Assembly: GCA_050290185.1 (NCBI GenBank)
Contig: JBNKHE010000003.1
Location: 32,001 to 96,000, forward strand
Length of the DNA stretch: 64,000 nucleotides
Reading direction: 5' to 3'
Origin: Pontiella sp.
GTDB taxonomy: Bacteria > Verrucomicrobiota > Kiritimatiellia > Kiritimatiellales > Pontiellaceae
Notes under the pieces: model-generated
What the model saw: the letters and a program-made list of their open reading frames with translations, nothing else
Database searches by the model: none
Told to the model about the DNA's origin: nothing
Part shown: positions 50,827 through 58,964 of the stretch, one piece after another
How the letters are laid out: each line of letters begins with the position of its first letter
Numbering within the stretch: position 1 is the first letter of the stretch
Program-made: the position numbers and the translations under genes

Positions 50827-53161
50827 TTGGTTTATGTTCTGCCTGATCATTGCAGGGCTCCTTGTGGAACCTTCCGCAGCGGCCCGCACGGTCGGATTGG
50901 CTTCGATGCAGAATTTTGAGGATCTTCCAGTGATAGAAGAGGATGTCGATGTCTTTCAGGTTTCAAGTCATGACCGAACCGGCGCAAACGATGACGGGTT
51001 CAACGGGACTTATTCGAGCCTTTACCGGGATGAAGAGGGCGATTATGTGCTGTTCGACGAAATAGGCGCCGGATGCATTACGCGCATGTGGATGACTTTT
51101 TCGACGGCCAACCTCAATCCGACCAACCACATCCGATTCTATTTCGATGAGGATGCCGAACCGCGCATCGATGTCTCCCTTCAGGATTTCTTTCATGGGA
51201 CCACTGCTCCTTTTCTGAGTCCGCTGGTGGGGGATCGGTTGGTATCGAGTGGCGGTTATTATTGCTATCTGCCTTTCCCGTTCGCCCGTCGCTGCCGGAT
51301 CGAGATGGCGCACAAACCGTATTTCTACAACATCACCTGTCAGCGTTTTGCATCAACCAACGGCGTGGCTACCTGGACAGGGCTGGAGGAGAGTGCGGGT
51401 GTTCGCTCAATGTGGGAACACGTTGGCAGCGATCCAAAGCCGACGAACGGGAATGTTCAGGTCGATGGTATGTTATCGATTCCTGCCGGAACCACCGGCA
51501 CGGTGTTTTCCGTGCTGGGTGCCGGAGCGGTGGCTGGGCTGTTGCTGGATATCGAGCCGCACTCGGCAGAGGTGCTCACCAATGTCTGGATCGACATGGT
51601 GTGGGATGGCGAAGCAACGCCGCAGGTTTCGGCCCCGCTGGGCGAGTTTTTCGGATGTCGTTTCGGCGAGACCAATCTAACGGCACTTCCGGTTGGCATG
51701 AACACGAATACACCGTATTACTGCTGGTTTCCCATGCCGTTCTGGAGCTCCGCTCATATCGAGGTCGTGAATCATTCTTCGGTCGATATCACTAATCTGA
51801 CGTTTGAGGTCCAGTACCATAATCGGGCGTATGATGCATTGCGCACCGGTTGGTTCCATGCGGTGGCCCGCTCGAAGAATATCGTGCAGAGCGACGGAAA
51901 TGATTATGTTCTATTGGAGACCAATGGATGGGGCAAGGTGGTGGGTGTGGTGCTTTCAGTACGAAACAGGAGCACGGATCCATTGGGCTATTTGGAAGGC
52001 GATGAGCGTATCTATATTGATGGAAGCTCAACACCCCAGCTCTATGGAACGGGAACGGAGGATTTTTTCAACGGGGGATGGTACTTTAACCAGGGGCCAT
52101 TCTCTCTTCCCGTCCACGGGAACCCGATGCGTAAGCACGAGTGGAGACCGGATTGGAATGTGCCCCCCTACATCTCCAACAACTTTACCGCGGCGTATCG
52201 GTTCTTTCTTGCAGACTGCCTTTCTTTTCGCTCATCCATCCGGTTGGGGATGGAGCACGGCTATAATAATTCCCAGAAAGGAGAGTATTCCAGCGTGGTG
52301 TACTACTACCTGCTTCCATCACGCACAGGAATGGTTTTACGTACAGCACTGGATGTGGGGAATATATTCTCCGAGTCTGATGCAGACTATGTAAGCTCGG
52401 AAAGTATTCTGGTAACCAACAGCTGGCGATACGAAGGCGATGCTGACAACGATGTGGTTGTGGATGACGGTCGGATCATCTCGGATTCTTCAAGCTTTGC
52501 GGTGTCCCTATCGAGCACGAACATGGGACTGTTGATTCGCCGGCGGGCGGATGCGGTGCCTGGTCGTCAGCATGTGAAAGTATATGTGGATGAGGCGTTG
52601 GTCAGTGATTGGTATACTGCAGATTGTAATTTCACTAATTTAAACAGACGATGGTTTGATGCGGAATTGCAGATTCCGGCAGCGTACACCGCCGGAAAAA
52701 CATCGGTAACGGTCCGGTTGGAGAAGGATCTTTCATCTGCGGGACTTTGGAGTGAGTATCGATATTGGGTCTATAGTCTGGAGCCTTTGCTGCCCACAGG
52801 AGATCTGGATGCCGACGGCTTGCCGGATGAGTGGGAGATTTCATATTTCGACAATATTCTGGAGGCGGTTCCGGGGGAAGATGGCGACGGTGACGCAATG
52901 GGGAATTTGGCGGAGTATATAGCGGGAACCGATCCCTTGGATTCCGTATCGAACTTTCGCCTTCGAACCGATGCCGAAGCACTCTCTTTTCTTGCGCAAA
53001 CCGGACGGTCCTATACCCTATGGTATTCGTCTGATTTGCTTGCGGGTGAGTGGAGCGCGGCGGCGACCAACTTGCAAGGGAATGGAGTAATTGTTTTCTG
53101 GCCGTATCCCAAAAACGGAACAAACGGATTTTATCGAGCGGACGTACAGTTACAATGGTAG
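50807..53161 (+). CDS. Secreted DUF2961 (GH172-like) protein with C-terminal module
   Basis: SSHDRTGANDDG, GCITRMW, FPMPF, LEGDE, GTGTEDFFNGGWYF; DLDADGLPDEWE. Confidence 0.8.
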   Translation: MQSVSLSWFMFCLIIAGLLVEPSAAARTVGLASMQNFEDLPVIEEDVDVFQVSSHDRTGANDDGFNGTYSSLYRDEEGDYVLFDEIGAGCITRMWMTFSTANLNPTNHIRFYFDEDAEPRIDVSLQDFFHGTTAPFLSPLVGDRLVSSGGYYCYLPFPFARRCRIEMAHKPYFYNITCQRFASTNGVATWTGLEESAGVRSMWEHVGSDPKPTNGNVQVDGMLSIPAGTTGTVFSVLGAGAVAGLLLDIEPHSAEVLTNVWIDMVWDGEATPQVSAPLGEFFGCRFGETNLTALPVGMNTNTPYYCWFPMPFWSSAHIEVVNHSSVDITNLTFEVQYHNRAYDALRTGWFHAVARSKNIVQSDGNDYVLLETNGWGKVVGVVLSVRNRSTDPLGYLEGDERIYIDGSSTPQLYGTGTEDFFNGGWYFNQGPFSLPVHGNPMRKHEWRPDWNVPPYISNNFTAAYRFFLADCLSFRSSIRLGMEHGYNNSQKGEYSSVVYYYLLPSRTGMVLRTALDVGNIFSESDADYVSSESILVTNSWRYEGDADNDVVVDDGRIISDSSSFAVSLSSTNMGLLIRRRADAVPGRQHVKVYVDEALVSDWYTADCNFTNLNRRWFDAELQIPAAYTAGKTSVTVRLEKDLSSAGLWSEYRYWVYSLEPLLPTGDLDADGLPDEWEISYFDNILEAVPGEDGDGDAMGNLAEYIAGTDPLDSVSNFRLRTDAEALSFLAQTGRSYTLWYSSDLLAGEWSAAATNLQGNGVIVFWPYPKNGTNGFYRADVQLQW

Positions 53162-53231
53162 CGAGCTTGAATATTCGATTGGGTGTACGTTGATAATAGA
53201 TGGCTTGGCACCGTATTTTCTGGAGTGGTCA

Positions 53232-55706
53232 ATGGGTACTTTTTTAATCAAATGGGGAAAATGGTTTACACCGGTCCTGGGATGCATTGCGGTCTTCCTG
53301 CTGCTGCACTACCTGCAAAAGATGGGGGGCTACCAATTGCCCGCGTGGATAGTGGGTACAATGGGCGCGGTGAGTGGAATTACCCTGCTCGGGTATCTAC
53401 TGCAACTACATGTATTGAACCGGATCGGGGGGGTGTTTCTTCTGGTAGTGGCCGTGGTATGTTTGGTGGGTATGTTGCTGCCGGCCGAAACCATAGGCGA
53501 ATATCCGCACAAAGCATCCGCAGTGGTTGCCCATGATTTCGACGCAGCCTGGAAAACGGTCTATGGCCATGACCTATTCAAGGAGTTCAGCCTGCACCGG
53601 AACCTGATGCAGTATGCCAAGAGCTTGTCCAGTTTCGATATTCACCGGGCGGGTCAGATGGGGCTGTTCGGTATTTTTGGCCTTGCGATGGGAATCTGCT
53701 TTCTCTTTCCCATAGACCCCTCCTCCCTCCGATGGCGCTATTCCAGTCGGGTTCTACTGCTGTGTGTTGCGGGAGCGCTATGGTCCTTGCTGCTGGAACT
53801 GTTGCAGACGCTATCACCAACGCGTGAAGTCTCTTTTGGGGGTTTTCTTGAGAGCACAATCGGGGTCTTCGCGGGGACGCTGCTGTTTGCTCTATGCAAC
53901 ACGGTCTATGTCTCTCGAAAAAGGATGCTTGAGGATCGGCGCTTCAACGTGCTCGGCGTAGGTATTGATGCCGTGGATATGGAGGACTGTCTTCAATTAT
54001 TTCAGGAGATCATCGGCCAACAGGCACTAGGCAATGGGCATAAGGCATTAGGAGAGAGGGCTAACAGCCAAGAGCCAAGAGCTGACAGCTCATACTACTA
54101 TCCCTCACAGGAGGAAACCGGGGGGTTGGATCTCGGAAGCGCGGCGCAGACTCCTAAATCGGAAATCGGAAATCGGAAATCGGAAATTATTCTATCTTCC
54201 GGTCTCAAAACCCGACTGCCGGCCATGACCACTGCGATGGGCGTGGCGGGGATCGTGGAGTCGCGCCGCAACCAGAAGCTCCAGCGCATCCTGAACGAAT
54301 CGGTGTTGAACACGCCTGACGGCATGCCGTTGGTCTGGTTGGGCAAATTGTTCGGCTATCGAAATGTCGAGCGCGTATATGGTCCCGATCTGCTGCGAGA
54401 TGCCTGTGCCTATGGGGTAGATAAAGGATGGCGGCACTATTTCTGGGGGGCTGCGCCGGGGATTGTCGAGAAACTAAAAGTAGTGCTGGAAGAGAAACAT
54501 CCCCTGATCCAGATTTCAGGGATCTGCTGTCCACCGTTTCGTCCGTTGACTCAGGAGGAAGAGGATGCGCTGGTGGAGGAAGTGAATTCAGCCGATACCG
54601 ATATTTTCTGGATCGGGATCAGCACGCCGAAGCAACTTTATTTCATGGATCATATCCGCGATCGGCTGAACTGCAAAGTCATCTGTCCGGTGGGATATGC
54701 CTTCGATGTGAATGCCGGGGTGGAGAAGGATGCGCCGGACTGGATCAAGTATGCCGGGCTTCAATGGCTGCACCGCGGGATCAAGCAACCGCGCCTCTGG
54801 AAACGCTATCTGCCGGACAATCCCGCGTTTGTACTCAAGGTCTTTTCCCAACTGCTGCACCTGAAACGGTTTACCATGTTCGTGCATGAACGCCCGATTG
54901 CCCCCGTAACCGATGCCGAAGGGTTCCCTCGTTTTCCGGCCGGTGCAGTGGCGCTGTCGGCCATGAGCATGCGTGGAGCGCGTGATCGCGTCGCACACTG
55001 GATCGAATCGGGGAAAAAACACTACGTCAATATCTGTACGGCGGATACCGTTGTGCAGTGCTACGACCGGCCCGACCTGGCAAAGATTGTGATGAATGCC
55101 GGGATGGCTACAACCGACGGTATGCCACTGGTTTGGCTTGCCCATCATTTTGGTTACACGGATGCGACGCGGGTCTATGGGCCGGATCTCATGCTTGAGC
55201 TTTGTGCCTTGAGCGAAATGAAGGGCTATGCCCATTATTTCTACGGGGCGACTGATGAGGTGCTGGAGCAATTACGGATAAACCTGCTGGAAAAGTATCC
55301 GCAACTGAAGATTGCGGGCATGTATGCTCCGCCTTTCCGTCCGCTCACCGATGCCGAGAAGGAGGACGTGGCGGAACGGATCAATGCCGCGAAGCCGGAC
55401 ATCGTCTGGTGCGGGCTGGGAACGCCCAAGCAGGACTACTGGGTGGCGGAATTCCGCCCGCGCCTGAATGCAGCCGCCATTCTGGCCGTGGGTGCTGCCT
55501 TCAACTTTCACGCCGGGCATGTGACACAGGCCCCGCGCTGGATGATGAAGTCCGGTTTGGAATGGCTTTTCCGCCTATGCGTTGAACCGCGTCGTCTCTG
55601 GCGCCGGTACATCATTGGCAATCCTCGTTTCGTTTGCCAAACCCTAAAGCAGTGGATCCGTGCGCGCCGAATTCGGAAACGGCTTGCCGCGATCGAAACT
55701 CCATAG
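53232..55706 (+). CDS. VanZ-like membrane domain fused to two WecB/TagA/CpsF glycosyltransferase domains
   Basis: DGMPLVW, RVYGPDL, G(I/L)(S/G)TPKQ and PRLW.RY-type motifs each occur twice; N-terminal LELLQTLSPTR; GGAG RBS. Confidence 0.85.
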   Translation: MGTFLIKWGKWFTPVLGCIAVFLLLHYLQKMGGYQLPAWIVGTMGAVSGITLLGYLLQLHVLNRIGGVFLLVVAVVCLVGMLLPAETIGEYPHKASAVVAHDFDAAWKTVYGHDLFKEFSLHRNLMQYAKSLSSFDIHRAGQMGLFGIFGLAMGICFLFPIDPSSLRWRYSSRVLLLCVAGALWSLLLELLQTLSPTREVSFGGFLESTIGVFAGTLLFALCNTVYVSRKRMLEDRRFNVLGVGIDAVDMEDCLQLFQEIIGQQALGNGHKALGERANSQEPRADSSYYYPSQEETGGLDLGSAAQTPKSEIGNRKSEIILSSGLKTRLPAMTTAMGVAGIVESRRNQKLQRILNESVLNTPDGMPLVWLGKLFGYRNVERVYGPDLLRDACAYGVDKGWRHYFWGAAPGIVEKLKVVLEEKHPLIQISGICCPPFRPLTQEEEDALVEEVNSADTDIFWIGISTPKQLYFMDHIRDRLNCKVICPVGYAFDVNAGVEKDAPDWIKYAGLQWLHRGIKQPRLWKRYLPDNPAFVLKVFSQLLHLKRFTMFVHERPIAPVTDAEGFPRFPAGAVALSAMSMRGARDRVAHWIESGKKHYVNICTADTVVQCYDRPDLAKIVMNAGMATTDGMPLVWLAHHFGYTDATRVYGPDLMLELCALSEMKGYAHYFYGATDEVLEQLRINLLEKYPQLKIAGMYAPPFRPLTDAEKEDVAERINAAKPDIVWCGLGTPKQDYWVAEFRPRLNAAAILAVGAAFNFHAGHVTQAPRWMMKSGLEWLFRLCVEPRRLWRRYIIGNPRFVCQTLKQWIRARRIRKRLAAIETP

Positions 55707-55747
55707 CCCGCAGATGGTCGCAGAAGATCGCGGATACACTTTACACG

Positions 55748-55787
55748 GTCTCCGATTCTGAGGTAAGAGCCATCAGGCTCAGACTCG
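55748..55787. repeat. Palindromic REP-like unit, inverted copy of 31779-31818
   Basis: 37/40 identical to the reverse complement of 31779-31818 by manual comparison. Confidence 0.85.
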
Positions 55788-56048
55788 TACGGGAATCAAC
55801 GAAGCTGCCGGAGGGAAACCTTCCTTGATTCATCAACCTCTGATTGCTCGGCTAGCTCGGCGTGACCAAACCGATGGAATGGACATTATCACACAGAGAT
55901 AGCGGAGATAACGGAGGTTTGTTACTGCCCGTCTCTACTTGCTCCGTTCGCTCTGCTTGTGTATAGGCTGTTGCCGACTCGCCCTGAAATGCAGTATTTC
56001 AGGGCTTTTTTGTTTACATCTCCTCAGCGGACCAACTAGCGTTTAGAT

Positions 56049-57845
56049 GTGCCAGTTCGCCGTTCCATATTAGTCCCGGTCTTGACCGCCATGCTGTTGT
56101 TTGTCGTGTATTCGTTCACGGCTCCGCAGAACCATAGCGAAGCTGAGGATGTTTACGATTTTGCGCTGAAGGTGGAGCAGGGGCATTTTGCAGATCAGGC
56201 CGGCGTGAACCGCGTGCTGGCGCTCCCTGCATTGGGGGTGGCGTACAGGGCCGCACAGTTGTTGGGATATGATGGCCGTGCCTTTCCATTCATGATCATC
56301 ATCAACCGTTTCCTCGCCGTAGTCTGTGTGTTTCTGTTCTACCACCTGCTCACTCTGGCGTACCGCAGGCATCCTGCCTTCCCTGGATCCGCTTCCCTTT
56401 CGCCTAATACCTTCCCAAACCATCAACCATCAACCAGCAACCAACAACTAGTAACCGCTCTTCTGTTGGCCTTCTCCTACGGCTTCTGGCGCTACGCCAA
56501 CGAAGCGGAAACCTACATCCTGGCAAGTGTTCTAGTGCTTGGAGCCTGGTGTCTGGCCATTGGCCAGCAATCAGCAATCAGCGACCGGCAGTCAGCAAAA
56601 GACAACGGTTCTCCGACTTCCTCCCTCCCTCCGGAACGTAGGCTCCTCCGGGCCGGAGGCCGTCCTTGGTTTACCCTCCTCTGTCCTCTGGTTTCCGCTT
56701 TCGGCATTCTGGTGCATCTACTGAACCTGGTGCCGCTGCTGTTGATCATACCCCTGTACTATCTGTTTTCCGGGAAATGGAAGAACGCAGTGTTTCATGG
56801 CCTGATGACAGGGGGGCTGGTCGGATTGGGCTACGGACTCTGCTTCCACATGCTGGATTGGGGCAATCTGGGCGCACATGATCAACCGTTGGAAGCCGGC
56901 TTCAGCCTTTCGAATGTGCTGCGCGGGGGTATCGCCTCCGGCCAATGCCTGGTATCGGGCAACTTCCTGTTCGGGTTCGAGTCGTTTCGTGATGCCCTGA
57001 TCAACCTGTTCCCTTCGCGCATGCTGGGGGAAGAGTTTTACATGGCGTCGCACATGCCTGACTGGATCAAATGGGCGGGGTGCGTGACGATCACAGCGTT
57101 TTCGGTTTGCAGTTTGTGGTTTGCGTTTAAGTGCTGGCAGAGCCAAAAGGCATGTTGGAGCAGTAGCGAAATGCAGTCTTCTGCTAACTTCAAAACGAAA
57201 AATTCAAACATACGGCCATTAACCATTTCATCCGCCATCTGGTTGCTCCTGTATGCTCTAGCCGTGATCCACACGGAGGCGGGTAGCCCGGAATTATGGA
57301 TCATGGCATTGATTCCCTTTTGGCTTATCGTCGCTCCGCTCCAACAAAGAGCATGGGGCATGGGGCATGGAGGAAGCACAATCGCTATGGATAGAACGGG
57401 CAGGATTTGCTCTTGGGGATTGGTCCTTGCACTTTTTTTACATAATCTGGTAGCGGGGTTGCTCCCCGTTATGTCAAACGCGTCCGACTATCATGTGGCC
57501 AAGGGAAAATGGCTGGTGGAGCACTGTGGCCCGCAGGATCTGATATTGACCGACTACGAGCCGGTAATGGTTTTTTACCTGGACTATTATGTAGCCGGCG
57601 ATGTGGTCAGCAGTGGGGCCATGAATGCGCCGGATATCGAGCGAAAGCTTGGAACGCGAACGGGAAACGCGTACGCTTTGGCTTCTTTTTTCCGGCCCAT
57701 GGAATCGATGCGGGTGCGCAACCCGAAGCAATATGCTCGAATGGTGGCGACCGGAGAAGCGCTGCAATCCGGGTTTGTAAAAATTGAAGACGATGAATTT
57801 GGTGGCGTGTGGGAGTTTAAGGAGCAGTTGAATATTGATAAATGA
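56049..57845 (+). CDS. Multi-TM membrane protein, possibly a GT-C type transferase, with repeat-derived insertions
   Basis: SEAED in the first loop; LAFSYGFWRYANEAETY; many TM helices. Confidence 0.6.
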   Translation: MPVRRSILVPVLTAMLLFVVYSFTAPQNHSEAEDVYDFALKVEQGHFADQAGVNRVLALPALGVAYRAAQLLGYDGRAFPFMIIINRFLAVVCVFLFYHLLTLAYRRHPAFPGSASLSPNTFPNHQPSTSNQQLVTALLLAFSYGFWRYANEAETYILASVLVLGAWCLAIGQQSAISDRQSAKDNGSPTSSLPPERRLLRAGGRPWFTLLCPLVSAFGILVHLLNLVPLLLIIPLYYLFSGKWKNAVFHGLMTGGLVGLGYGLCFHMLDWGNLGAHDQPLEAGFSLSNVLRGGIASGQCLVSGNFLFGFESFRDALINLFPSRMLGEEFYMASHMPDWIKWAGCVTITAFSVCSLWFAFKCWQSQKACWSSSEMQSSANFKTKNSNIRPLTISSAIWLLLYALAVIHTEAGSPELWIMALIPFWLIVAPLQQRAWGMGHGGSTIAMDRTGRICSWGLVLALFLHNLVAGLLPVMSNASDYHVAKGKWLVEHCGPQDLILTDYEPVMVFYLDYYVAGDVVSSGAMNAPDIERKLGTRTGNAYALASFFRPMESMRVRNPKQYARMVATGEALQSGFVKIEDDEFGGVWEFKEQLNIDK

Positions 57846-57929
57846 TGATTGATGGGTTTTGCCGGGAATCGCTATTCCGAACAACAATCATTCAACAATT
57901 TAGCAACAAATTGAGCGGAGCGAAAGAAT

Positions 57930-58928
57930 ATGGGTAAGATGCTGGTCACAGGGGGGTGCGGTTTCGTGGGCCGCCATTTGATCGATCGACTGCTAACGGC
58001 CGGTCACGAAGTCCATTGCGTGGATATCATGGAGCCATTGAGCGGGGCGATTGCACCTGAAGCATGGCCGCTGTTCCGTCCGCTGGATTATGCCAACTTC
58101 CACTATTATGCCGAAGATTGCCGCGATTGGTTCAAGCGGATGCAGGCTTCGGAGTTTGACTATGCCTTCCATCTGGCCGCTATGGTGGGCGGCCGCGCCA
58201 TGATCGAAAACAATCCACTCGCCGTGGCCGACGATCTTTCCATCGATGCCGAATACTGGCAATGGGCCGTTAAGGCCAAGCCGGGCAAATCGATTGTCTT
58301 CAGTTCGAGCGCAGCCTATCCGATCCATCTGCAGCGTCCGGATCACTACATGTTGCTGAAGGAGGACATGATTTCCTTCGATGAAGGCCTGGGGATGCCT
58401 GATATGACCTATGGCTGGGCGAAGCTGACCCATGAATACTGTGCGCGGCTCGCCTATGAAAAGCATGGTCTCAAGTCCGTGACCTATCGGCCGTTTTCGG
58501 GATACGGCGAAGATCAGGACGATACCTATCCGTTCCCCAGTATCTGCAAGCGCGTACTGGCGAACCGCGGGGCCAGTGAAATCGGGGTCTGGGGCAGCGG
58601 GCGACAGATGCGCGACTTTATCCATATCGATGATTGCATAGAGGGCGTATTGCGCACCATGGATCAGATTGATGATGGATCCGCGATCAACCTTTCCACG
58701 GGCATCTTCACCAGCTTCATCGAGTTCGTACAGCTCGCTGCGGATATTCTTGGATTCCAACCCGAGGTCAAGGGAACATCCAATACCCCGGAGGGCGTAT
58801 TTGCGCGGGGAGGGGATACCGCCTTCCAGCAGCAACTCGGTTTCCGCTATTCGCGCTCCTTCCGCGACGGCATCCACCGTGCCTTGGATTATTTTCAGAT
58901 GACCTCCGTGCAGGATATGAAGAAATAG
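57930..58928 (+). CDS. NAD-dependent nucleotide-sugar epimerase/dehydratase
   Basis: VTGGCGFVG, HLAAMVGG, SSSAAYP, YGWAK, WGSG.Q.RDF. Confidence 0.92.
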   Translation: MGKMLVTGGCGFVGRHLIDRLLTAGHEVHCVDIMEPLSGAIAPEAWPLFRPLDYANFHYYAEDCRDWFKRMQASEFDYAFHLAAMVGGRAMIENNPLAVADDLSIDAEYWQWAVKAKPGKSIVFSSSAAYPIHLQRPDHYMLLKEDMISFDEGLGMPDMTYGWAKLTHEYCARLAYEKHGLKSVTYRPFSGYGEDQDDTYPFPSICKRVLANRGASEIGVWGSGRQMRDFIHIDDCIEGVLRTMDQIDDGSAINLSTGIFTSFIEFVQLAADILGFQPEVKGTSNTPEGVFARGGDTAFQQQLGFRYSRSFRDGIHRALDYFQMTSVQDMKK

Positions 58929-58964
58929 AACTAGTAAAACATACTAGTAGTACGTATTTTATGG

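Noticed and set aside
58931..58960. AT-rich palindrome TACTAGTA before wbaP
   Set aside because: Short, single copy and not assignable to a regulator.
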